The translations under genes were made by a program, and so were the position numbers. Of a DNA stretch of 64,000 nt, positions 47,124 to 55,789 are shown piece by piece; position 1 is the stretch's first letter; every line of letters begins with the position of its first letter. The DNA is from Candidatus Velthaea sp. (GTDB taxonomy: Bacteria; Vulcanimicrobiota; Vulcanimicrobiia; Vulcanimicrobiales; Vulcanimicrobiaceae). Where the stretch lies: the NCBI GenBank assembly GCA_965214935.1, contig CBDCCS010000021.1, forward strand, positions 128,001 to 192,000, read 5' to 3'. The notes below the pieces were generated by a model that saw only the letters and a list, made by a program, of their open reading frames with translations, was not told the origin of the DNA and did not search any database.

Positions 47124-50100
47124 CGTTCCGCCGGCGTCGTATCTCTGCTCGGTGCTGCGGCGTCGCTGACACGGCCGAGCACGATGCGAACCATTGCCTC
47201 GACGACTTCCGGGTCGAATTGCGTGCCGCAATGACGCTCGAGTTCGCCGAGCGCATCCGTCGGCGCCATCGGCAAACGGTACGGGCGGCGGCCGATCATC
47301 GCATTGAACGAGTCGGCCACCGAGACGATACGGGCCGCGAGCGGGATCGCGCGACCTCGCAGCCCATCGGGATAGCCTTCGCCGTCCAGACGTTCGTGAT
47401 GGCCGCGCACGATCGGCGTAAACACGCGCAGTTGCGGAACCCGCTCGACGATTCGGCCGCCTTCTGCAGCGTGGTCACGCATGATCGCCCATTCTTGGGC
47501 GCTGAGTTGACGTGGTGCCAGCAAGATTTCGGGCGGCGTCCGCATTTTCCCGATGTCGTGAATGAGGCCGGCGCGGGTGACGAACTCGTTTTCGGCCTCA
47601 GTCAGACCGAGCACGCGCGCGAGTCTCGAACACCACGCCGACACGGCACGTGAGTGCTCGGCCATGAGCGGTGCAGCAACGTCGAGACTCTCAAAAATTT
47701 GGTCGATGGACGCATCGATGTCGTCGACGACACTAATGCACACCGCTGCTCGCGGACGATAAGCCGCCAGTTGCTTGCGCACGCGGCGAATCGGTCCTTG
47801 CATTCGATTATCGAGGTCGTTGCGAGCTGCGGTCCAACGTTCAAACCGTTCGCTCATCGACACTCCGTCGGAGAAGGCCGAAACGCGCAGTGTATCGAGC
47901 CAAGCGCACAGCGCAACCGCATCGTCGGACGCGACCGCAGCCGAGAAATGCCGATCGAATTCGTCCCCGGCACGGGCGCGATAGAGCGTATCCTTTTCAC
48001 CGTTGCAACCGCCGAGGGACAGCGGCAGCATCTCGATGAGCCGCGCCATACCGCCGAACGAAACGTCGTGCAGCGTCGCGATGGCGCTCGATACGCGTCG
48101 GATGTACCACTGCGCATTGGTCGATCCGGCGCTTAATGCTTCGACGACGTCGCGTAAGGCGCACAGCCGCGGAGCGTTGTTGAGTGCCTCGTTCGAAGCG
48201 CAATTCGTCCATTTGCGCGTCTCGGCGATGTTGCCGTTGACGATTGAGGCTAAGGCAAGCGTGAGTACCGTCAGACCGAAATGCGTGGTCACATCGCGCT
48301 CGCTCAAAGCGTCTTGCGCCGCACGGTAAGCATCATCGGCGCGCTCGGCGTCGCCGGCGGCGAAACAATACAGCGCGACCTGCGCCCAGCATAATGCTCT
48401 GCGCGCCGGCGTTGCTTGGCGCTCGGCGATCGGCCGCAACAGCCGTTGAGCGGCCGCAAAATCACCGTTCCAGCCGGCTTGCAATGCCTTTGCCGGTAAC
48501 AGCGCCTCCATGATCTGGGCGGTCGCATAATGCTTGTCCACGGCCGAGAGATCGCGCTCGAGTTCGAGCAACGCCGCTTCGTCGCCGGCTTCGGCCTGCA
48601 GCTCATACATTCCGATCAGCGCGTACAAGTCGAGCCGCAGCGTTCCCGACTTTGCGCCGAGGTCGCGGACCCGACGCAGATAGTCAAGACTCGCGGTCGC
48701 GTCATCGTCGATGTCGTGACTGATACTGTACAGCACGGAATACGTTGAGGCAGCCACGTCGTACAGCGATTGCTCGACGGCAAGCGGTGCGGCGATTAAC
48801 GCGCGCTCCCGCGCCAGTTCAATCGCGCCGCTTTCGTTTGCGACGTAGGCTGCGCGCGCAATCACGCGCGCGCGCAGCGCCGGCGGGAGATCCGGTTCGA
48901 GCAACGCTAAGGCCCGATCCGTTCGCATGGCGGCTTCATCGAGGCGACCGGCGGCCGTGAGCGCTTGCGCGAACGACGACTGAACGTCGATGGCAATGGC
49001 GCGCGACAGTGTCGATGAGTCGGCAAAAGCCTCGAGCACGTTGCCCGAGTCTTCGCGCCGTTGCAGTGAGAGTTCGCGGGCGTAATACATCGCGATGCCG
49101 ACGCGTGTTGTCTCATCCGGAGCTTTTTCCAGCGCGAGGCGAAACCAGGCTTCGGCGGTATCGAGGCGTCCCGAACGTGCTTCAAGATAGCCGCGTAGCG
49201 CTAGCGCGCTTGCGCCCAGCGACCGGTCGGGCCGATCGAACGCCTCCAACGCCTCGCTGATGACGTCGACTTTACCTGATTCCAGGATCTCGAAGCCGCG
49301 CGTCTCAAGCAATTCGCCGATGGCGACGATCAGTTGTTGTCGCGTCGCCAGTTCGAGCGCAGCGGCGTAGCGCCCGAACGCCGTGAGTGCTACAACGGCC
49401 TGACGCGCGAGGGCGGATCGATAGTCGGGTTCGCGCGATGCGAGTGCACGCCCGAGATAATCGCAGAATCGATCGTGAAAGCGAAATCCGCCGTGCGAAT
49501 CGCGTTCCCACATGAACGCCGCATCCTCGGTCAACGCCGATCGGAGCTCGCTCGAGTCAGGCCAGCCGGACCGCGCCAGCAAATCGTCATCGACGCTCGG
49601 AAAGAGTGAAGCGGTCAGAAGGAACGCCCGCTCCCGATCGGTGCGGCGGCCGAAGATCTGCTGCGCAATGCCTTCGAACGATGCGGGCATAAGCTGCCTC
49701 GAGAAGGCGGTCGAATCGCGGCGCAAGCAGTTCAAAACGTACGCGACGGCACTCGCCGATCCGCCGGTTGCCGCGAGCACCGAATCAATGCCGGCGGAAT
49801 CGAGCGCAACATCAAGGTCGTCAGCTGCATCGAGCAGTTCAGCTCGGTTAAAATTCAGTTCGGCTTCGTCGATCGGGCGTTCCATGCGCCGCGTCGCCAT
49901 CCACAGCGCAACCGGCAGCGCGCCGACGCTGCGCACGGCAATCGTCAGCCGCGCTTTCGGCCGTAACTGCGCAACCGTTGCGATGAACGATGCAATGCCG
50001 GGCTCCGCCGGATCGTGCAGATCGTCGATGACGATCTGCCGGTCGATTCCCTCGAGATGCTCGCAGAACCAACGGGCAAGTGCGGTGCTTGCCGAGTGCG

Positions 50101-50419
50101 ACTGTAAGGCGCGCTCCCAGGCGCGCGGGAACGATGCCTGCGCCCCCGGCGCAACAAAGGCGATCGCTTGTGCGATGCCATACACGAATCGCGCAAACGT
50201 CAGCTGCTCGTTTCCGACGCGGAAATAAATGGCTTGCGCATCGTCGAGGGCGGCTTTGATCGCGACGCTCTTGCCGCAGCCCGCGGGGCCGGCGAGCACC
50301 GTAATGGGCATTTCCGACAACGCGTTCAATCGGCTTGTTAAGCGTGGCCGATCGATGCATGGGATCCAAACGTCGGCCGCAGGCCGTTTGTCGAGCAGCA
50401 CAATGCCTTTAGCGTTCAT
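47120..50419 (-). CDS. MalT-like NTPase/TPR protein fused to an HD-GYP phosphodiesterase
   Basis: IDRPRL, GPAGCGKS, IVIDDLH, FRFHDRF, helical repeats; C-terminal EHSRAV, IHDIGK, HHERLDGEGYP, VADSFNAM..RPYR. Confidence 0.9.
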   Translation of the reverse strand: MNAKGIVLLDKRPAADVWIPCIDRPRLTSRLNALSEMPITVLAGPAGCGKSVAIKAALDDAQAIYFRVGNEQLTFARFVYGIAQAIAFVAPGAQASFPRAWERALQSHSASTALARWFCEHLEGIDRQIVIDDLHDPAEPGIASFIATVAQLRPKARLTIAVRSVGALPVALWMATRRMERPIDEAELNFNRAELLDAADDLDVALDSAGIDSVLAATGGSASAVAYVLNCLRRDSTAFSRQLMPASFEGIAQQIFGRRTDRERAFLLTASLFPSVDDDLLARSGWPDSSELRSALTEDAAFMWERDSHGGFRFHDRFCDYLGRALASREPDYRSALARQAVVALTAFGRYAAALELATRQQLIVAIGELLETRGFEILESGKVDVISEALEAFDRPDRSLGASALALRGYLEARSGRLDTAEAWFRLALEKAPDETTRVGIAMYYARELSLQRREDSGNVLEAFADSSTLSRAIAIDVQSSFAQALTAAGRLDEAAMRTDRALALLEPDLPPALRARVIARAAYVANESGAIELARERALIAAPLAVEQSLYDVAASTYSVLYSISHDIDDDATASLDYLRRVRDLGAKSGTLRLDLYALIGMYELQAEAGDEAALLELERDLSAVDKHYATAQIMEALLPAKALQAGWNGDFAAAQRLLRPIAERQATPARRALCWAQVALYCFAAGDAERADDAYRAAQDALSERDVTTHFGLTVLTLALASIVNGNIAETRKWTNCASNEALNNAPRLCALRDVVEALSAGSTNAQWYIRRVSSAIATLHDVSFGGMARLIEMLPLSLGGCNGEKDTLYRARAGDEFDRHFSAAVASDDAVALCAWLDTLRVSAFSDGVSMSERFERWTAARNDLDNRMQGPIRRVRKQLAAYRPRAAVCISVVDDIDASIDQIFESLDVAAPLMAEHSRAVSAWCSRLARVLGLTEAENEFVTRAGLIHDIGKMRTPPEILLAPRQLSAQEWAIMRDHAAEGGRIVERVPQLRVFTPIVRGHHERLDGEGYPDGLRGRAIPLAARIVSVADSFNAMIGRRPYRLPMAPTDALGELERHCGTQFDPEVVEAMVRIVLGRVSDAAAPSRDTTPAER

Positions 50420-50564
50420 GGCAACCGCGTCTCTTGAACCGGAAGCGATGTCGAGGACGATGCTGTTCTATCGGCCGATCGGCTCGCGAACAACAGCGCG
50501 CGGCATTACCGGCTTGAAACGTCCGTTATGTGTTCGAACGTATGGTGCCGTTCGCAGACGGCAA

Positions 50565-50885
50565 CTAATTGAGCGGCGTCAGACTGACGAACATGCGCTG
50601 CAGATCCGTCACGTTGGCCGGCGTTTCGTACCAGCAGCAAGCCTCGAACTCTTGCCACATCGTTTGAACGGCCGGATGTTCGTGAGCGCTCGCGATCGCT
50701 TCTTCCGAGATCCACTCGAAGATTTCTACGAGCGTACCGTCAGCGCTCTGCGCTACGATCGGCGCGCGGCTCGTGACGAGACCGATCGAGCGCAGACGCT
50801 CGACATGCGTCGCCAACAATCGCGCTAAGTCGGCTTCCTTCCCCGGACGTGGCTTATATGCCGCAATAACGATGCTGCCGTTCAT
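50565..50885 (-). CDS. Small dimeric alpha/beta-barrel-like hypothetical protein
   Basis: YKPRPGKE...EIFEW.SEEAI..AH.HP pattern. Confidence 0.75.
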   Translation of the reverse strand: MNGSIVIAAYKPRPGKEADLARLLATHVERLRSIGLVTSRAPIVAQSADGTLVEIFEWISEEAIASAHEHPAVQTMWQEFEACCWYETPANVTDLQRMFVSLTPLN

Positions 50886-50927
50886 CGCGGCGCCCTTCGC
50901 AGCGGCCATAAGATGCTCCCGTGGCGC

Positions 50928-50958
50928 AAACTAAAACTGCGTCGCTCGCGACGCAGTT
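50928..50958 (-). terminator. Intrinsic terminator after lon
   Basis: AACTGCGTCGC/GCGACGCAGTT inverted repeat followed by TTAGTTT on the minus strand. Confidence 0.8.
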
Positions 50959-50985
50959 CTGTTCATCTTCGGCCGATGGGTGGGC

Positions 50986-53460
50986 CTAGGGCTTACGCGT
51001 CGAGCTCACTCCGCTACGCCGGACCGTACGCTTCCGTTCGGCGCGGACACCTTTAGCCGCCGGTTGACGCAAGGCAACGACGTTACTCGCGCGCCGGGGT
51101 TGCGGCTCATTACCGAGCAGCACCGGCGTGATGACGCGCTTGCCGAGTGCATTGAGAAACACTTCACTCAACTCATCGACCATCACGAACTCCATTGTAT
51201 CGCGGACTTCTTTCGGCACGTCTTCGAGATCGATCTCGTTGCGCCGCGGCAACAAAATCTTCTTAATTCCGGCGCGCTTCGCGCCGAGCACCTTCTCCTT
51301 GACGCCACCGATCGGGAGTACTTGACCGGTGAGGGTGATCTCGCCGGTCATCGCAAGATCGCTGTCGACCTTGAGCCCGGTCAGCATCGATGTAATCGAC
51401 GTCGCCATCGAGATACCGGCCGACGGACCATCCTTCGGCACCGCGCCGGCCGGAACGTGAATGTGCAGATCGTGCTTGGCAAAGTAATCGTCGGCCAAGC
51501 CGAGTTCGGTTTGCCGCGAGCGTAAGAAGCTCACGGCAGCCGTCGCCGACTCTTTCATCACGTCGCCCAGCTGTCCGGTCAACGTAACTTTGCCGGTACC
51601 CGGCATCGCGGTTGTCTCGATGAACAAGATGTCGCCGCCCACCGGTGTCCATGCAAGACCCGTCGCAACGCCGATCGAGGCGACGCGTTTCTTGACTTCA
51701 TTGTAGAACCGCGGCTTCGATAGGTATTCGACCAGATTCTCGGCCTTGATCCGAGCCTTGAAGCGCGGCTCTTCGGCAATCTTGCGCGCAACTTTACGAA
51801 AAACCGTGCCGACCTCGCGCTCGAGATTCCGGACGCCGGCCTCGCGGGTGTAATCGACGATGATGTTTTTGAGCGCTACGTCGTTAATTTGGGCTTGCGT
51901 TTCACGTAAGCCGTTTGCGGTGCGCTGCTTCGGGATCAAATACCGCTTGGCAATTTGCATTTTCTCGAATTCGGTATAACCGGCTAACTGGATGATCTCC
52001 ATCCGATCGCGCAACGCCGAACTAATGGTATCGAGCTGGTTGGCCGTGCAAACGAACAGCACTTGGCTTAAATCGAACGGCAAATCTAAGTAATGATCGC
52101 GAAACGTATTGTTTTGTTCGGGATCGAGAACTTCAAGCAGCGCCGATTGCGGATCACCACGGAAATCGCCGCCGACCTTGTCGATTTCATCGATCATCAT
52201 GACCGGATTGTTCGTACCGGCATCGCGCAGGGCGCGGATGATCGAGCCCGGCATGGCACCGATATACGTCCGCCGATGACCGCGAATCTCGGCCTCGTCG
52301 CGCACGCCGCCGACTGACAACCGAATGAATTTACGGCCCATCGCTTTCGCGATCGATTGGCCGAGCGACGTCTTACCGACGCCCGGCGGTCCGACGAAGC
52401 AAAGAATCGGGCCGGTCAACTTGTTGCGCAACTTGCCTACGGCAAGGTACTCGACGATCCGGTCTTTGATCTTCTCAAGATCGTAATGATCTTCGTCGAG
52501 CACGCGACGGGCTTGCGGTATGTCGATTTGATCGGATGTTGATTTCGCCCACGGTAACTGCGTGATCCAATCGAGGTACGTCCGGATCACCGAGTATTCC
52601 GGCGACGCGGTCGGAACTTTCGTCAGCCGGTCGAGTTCGCGATCGGCGGCTTTCTTGACGTCTTCGGGCAGCTTTGCTTCGTCGAGCTTTTTGCGCAGCT
52701 CGTTGGTTTCGGCTTGCTGCGGGTCGGTCTCACCAAGCTCTTCTTGAATGGCACGTAACTGCTGGCGTAAATAAAACTCGCGCTGATTTTTCTCCATCTC
52801 GCGCTGAATATCGCTTTGGATCTTATGCCCGAGCTCGACGACTTCGAGTTCTTTGGTGATGAGCATCGTCAGCTTACGCAGCCGCTTCTCGGTATTGCGC
52901 TCTTCAAGGATCGCTTGGCGATCTTTGGTATCGAGCCGCATCGTCGAGGCGACGAAATACGTCAGCAAATTCGGGTCGGAGATGTTGTTGACTTCCATCT
53001 CCATCTCGCGCGGCGCTTGCGGCAAGTAACTCAGCAGCTTGGAAAAAAGCGTTGCGAGATTGCGCTGCATGGCAACGACGTCGTCATTTTCACGCGTGAT
53101 GTCCGGCAGTTCGGTGTACGTTGCCGCCAGGTACGGCTCGGTGCCGACGAACTCGTCGATCCGGAAAACCGGTCCGCCGGCTACAATGCAACGCAGCGTG
53201 CCGTCGGGAACTTTCAGCATCTTTTGCACGGTACCGATCGTACCGACGCGCACGACGTCGTTCGGGCCCGGCTCGTCGATGTCTTTATCGCGCATAACGA
53301 CCAAGCCGATCGGCTTGCCGTCGCGCAATGCTTCCTCAACGAGCGCGATACCCGGCTTCTTGACGACGGCAAGCGGGATCACGGTATTCGGGAACAGCAC
53401 CGCTTCTTGAAGCGGCAAAATGCCTAAAATATCCGGATTTTTTGATGAACGAGTGGCCAT
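50986..53460 (-). CDS. lon: ATP-dependent Lon protease
   Basis: GPPGVGKTS, DEIDK, LLEVLDPEQN, PKDGPSAG, GGVKEK. Confidence 0.99.
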   Translation of the reverse strand: MATRSSKNPDILGILPLQEAVLFPNTVIPLAVVKKPGIALVEEALRDGKPIGLVVMRDKDIDEPGPNDVVRVGTIGTVQKMLKVPDGTLRCIVAGGPVFRIDEFVGTEPYLAATYTELPDITRENDDVVAMQRNLATLFSKLLSYLPQAPREMEMEVNNISDPNLLTYFVASTMRLDTKDRQAILEERNTEKRLRKLTMLITKELEVVELGHKIQSDIQREMEKNQREFYLRQQLRAIQEELGETDPQQAETNELRKKLDEAKLPEDVKKAADRELDRLTKVPTASPEYSVIRTYLDWITQLPWAKSTSDQIDIPQARRVLDEDHYDLEKIKDRIVEYLAVGKLRNKLTGPILCFVGPPGVGKTSLGQSIAKAMGRKFIRLSVGGVRDEAEIRGHRRTYIGAMPGSIIRALRDAGTNNPVMMIDEIDKVGGDFRGDPQSALLEVLDPEQNNTFRDHYLDLPFDLSQVLFVCTANQLDTISSALRDRMEIIQLAGYTEFEKMQIAKRYLIPKQRTANGLRETQAQINDVALKNIIVDYTREAGVRNLEREVGTVFRKVARKIAEEPRFKARIKAENLVEYLSKPRFYNEVKKRVASIGVATGLAWTPVGGDILFIETTAMPGTGKVTLTGQLGDVMKESATAAVSFLRSRQTELGLADDYFAKHDLHIHVPAGAVPKDGPSAGISMATSITSMLTGLKVDSDLAMTGEITLTGQVLPIGGVKEKVLGAKRAGIKKILLPRRNEIDLEDVPKEVRDTMEFVMVDELSEVFLNALGKRVITPVLLGNEPQPRRASNVVALRQPAAKGVRAERKRTVRRSGVSSTRKP

Positions 53461-53888
53461 TAGGCAAGGGTCCTTTGAACGACCATGCGGAGTTCGGTCC
53501 GGCGAGTCGTAAACGAAGCATGGGGCGCGAGCGGTAAACTGATCGTAAGGATTCCATCGCGATAGACGGCGGTACCGTGATCGTCGTCGACGGGCGCGGG
53601 CAGATGCAGCTTCTTCACAAACTCACCGTACTGAATTTCTTTTTGATGGATCGAACCGGATGAGTTGAAGCGACCGATCCGCGCGCCGACGATAAACAGG
53701 TTCTGCTCGTCGATAGCAACGCGCAGACTTTCGGCATCGGCGCCCGCCAGTTCAACGTGCACGACGACCCGCTGACGCTCGCGGTCGACATACACATCGG
53801 CATTGGGCTCGAAGCGTCCGTGCCGAGCACGCCGCGCGAGATCGGCGAAAAGCCGATCGAATTCGGCGGCAAATTGGTCTTCACGCAC
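53460..53888 (-). CDS. Hsp20/alpha-crystallin small heat-shock protein
   Basis: PNADVY, VELAG, EIQYGEF, AVYRDGILTISLP; GAGGAG SD before GTG 53888; TAATG overlap with lon. Confidence 0.92.
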   Translation of the reverse strand: MREDQFAAEFDRLFADLARRARHGRFEPNADVYVDRERQRVVVHVELAGADAESLRVAIDEQNLFIVGARIGRFNSSGSIHQKEIQYGEFVKKLHLPAPVDDDHGTAVYRDGILTISLPLAPHASFTTRRTELRMVVQRTLA

Positions 53889-53908
53889 GCCTGTCGCTCC
53901 TCTCATGG

Positions 53909-53935
53909 TTAGCACTCCGTTGAACACAGTGCCAG
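53909..53935. promoter_or_regulatory. CIRCE element (HrcA operator)
   Basis: TTAGCACTC-N9-CAGTGCCAG against consensus TTAGCACTC-N9-GAGTGCTAA, directly upstream of hsp20-lon. Confidence 0.85.
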
Positions 53936-53950
53936 CCGCGACGGATGCGC

Positions 53951-54811
53951 TTAGGTTGCGGCCAATGCCTCCATTGCAACATTGACCGACAATTCGCTGC
54001 CTGCGCCGACGGATGCGCCCTTATATACGCCGCGCACCGGGCTCACATCGCGATAATCGCGACCGACCGCAATCTTCACGAACTCGTCGTTGATCTGCTT
54101 ATCGTTCGTCGGATCGAAGCCGACCCAACCGTAGGGCGGCAAATAAGCCTCGCACCATGCATGCGACGCCTCCGCACCTAAGATGCCGCTCTCCTGACCG
54201 CTGAAGATATAACCGCTGACGTAGCGTGCGGGGATCGCCGCAAAACGGCAAAGCGCAACGAGGATATGAGCGAAATCTTGGCAGACGCCGCCACGCAAAT
54301 GGACCGACTCGTCGACCGTCGTCCGAACGCTCGTCGCACCACGATCGTACGTGAAGCCGGCATTGATGGCATGACCCGCCGCAAGATACCAGGCGCCGAT
54401 GTCGTCGCCCGGCGCGCCGATCTGTGCTGCTAACGCGCGCAACTCGGGACCGAAAGCGATATACGTACTTTCGTGCAAAAAATCATAGAGTTGTGCGTAC
54501 GACGGGTCGCCGGCAAGCGCTTCACGAGTTGCATCGATCGTGTCGCCGGGCTCCGCCGGACGGACGGTGGCCACCGCCGAACGCGCGGTGATCGACAATA
54601 CGTCATGATCGGGCAGCACGCCGAAGTGCTGCACTTGATTGCCGAACCGGTCGACGTAACTAAACGCGCGCGCACGCGGTGAAATCTGCAAGTCGTATTT
54701 CGTGCAATACTGGGTCGTATCGCTTAGCGGCTGCAAATGACAGACGGTATACGATTCGTGTATCTTGGCCGGGTAGCGGTACGTCGTCTGATGGAGGATC
54801 GTGAATTCCAC
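53951..54811 (-). CDS. Transglutaminase-family protein
   Basis: H.TTYRY N-domain; GVCQDFAH, ARYVSGY, SHAWCE, FDPTN, GRDY.DV.P. Confidence 0.95.
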   Translation of the reverse strand: MEFTILHQTTYRYPAKIHESYTVCHLQPLSDTTQYCTKYDLQISPRARAFSYVDRFGNQVQHFGVLPDHDVLSITARSAVATVRPAEPGDTIDATREALAGDPSYAQLYDFLHESTYIAFGPELRALAAQIGAPGDDIGAWYLAAGHAINAGFTYDRGATSVRTTVDESVHLRGGVCQDFAHILVALCRFAAIPARYVSGYIFSGQESGILGAEASHAWCEAYLPPYGWVGFDPTNDKQINDEFVKIAVGRDYRDVSPVRGVYKGASVGAGSELSVNVAMEALAAT

Positions 54812-54820
54812 GCGCGCCCC

Positions 54821-55759
54821 TTATGCGACCGGAACGCGCGGGAAATAGGATGTCTGCACGGCCATGCCGACCGCATCGAGCCGCGCGCCGATTCGCGCGC
54901 TGAAGTTCGTCGGACCTTCGTCGAGAATCTCTTGCAGTTGTACGAAGTCAAGCATCGCTTGTAAGCGTCCCGTGACCCGCTCGGCTTCATCGCTATAGGT
55001 GCCCATCGCCGTGCCCGACAAGCGGTGTAAGGCGTGGTCGACTTCACTCGTGCAAAAACGAACCGAACGTGGAAAGCTGCGGTGTAAGAACAAGAACGCG
55101 AGCGCTTCGCTAGGGTCGGACGACAGCCGCTGCGTCCGCACGAACGGTTCGCTTGCACAGCACATCTCGAGCAGCCGCTGCCACTCCGGCGCGGAGTCGT
55201 CACCGGCGACGTGGGTCTTAAGTACGCGCGTCGTCATCGAAGCGCGCTCGAGAAAACGGCCGATTTGCAAGAAGCTCCATTCATCGTCGTGCGTGATCGT
55301 CGCATCGACGATCCCGCCGAAGGCTTGCGCAGCGTCGCGCACCTTACGCAAGAACGACGACGGTCCTTCGCGAGCAATGGCTCGCGGCGATTGCGCCTCG
55401 ACGAACAAGTACATTGAATTGATCGCTTCCCAGACTTCGGTCGTCAATTCGGCGCGAACGCCCAGTGCATTCGATCGCGCAATGCGGATGCACGAAATAA
55501 CCGAACTTCGATTCTCGGTTGCAAACGTGCCGTAAGCGAACGCGTCGTTGGCCATCGTCGGACCGTCAAAGCGCGGCACTTCCTCGGGACCGCCGGCGAG
55601 TTCAAGGACGCTGGACCAAACACGCCGCGCCCGCTCGTTACCGGCCGTGAGCCGATCGACGGTACGATTGAACGCAACGTCGATGATCCGCGCCAGCGAC
55701 TCGGCGCGCTCGATGTTGCGGCTCATCCAGTACAGCGACTCAGCGACGCGCGAAAGCAT
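54821..55759 (-). CDS. Alpha-E domain protein
   Basis: MLSRVAESLYWMSRNIERAE, second ER motif GRFLERA, FPRSV. Confidence 0.95.
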   Translation of the reverse strand: MLSRVAESLYWMSRNIERAESLARIIDVAFNRTVDRLTAGNERARRVWSSVLELAGGPEEVPRFDGPTMANDAFAYGTFATENRSSVISCIRIARSNALGVRAELTTEVWEAINSMYLFVEAQSPRAIAREGPSSFLRKVRDAAQAFGGIVDATITHDDEWSFLQIGRFLERASMTTRVLKTHVAGDDSAPEWQRLLEMCCASEPFVRTQRLSSDPSEALAFLFLHRSFPRSVRFCTSEVDHALHRLSGTAMGTYSDEAERVTGRLQAMLDFVQLQEILDEGPTNFSARIGARLDAVGMAVQTSYFPRVPVA

Positions 55760-55789
55760 GCTCTCTCCGTTCGATGACGCGCAAGTTTC

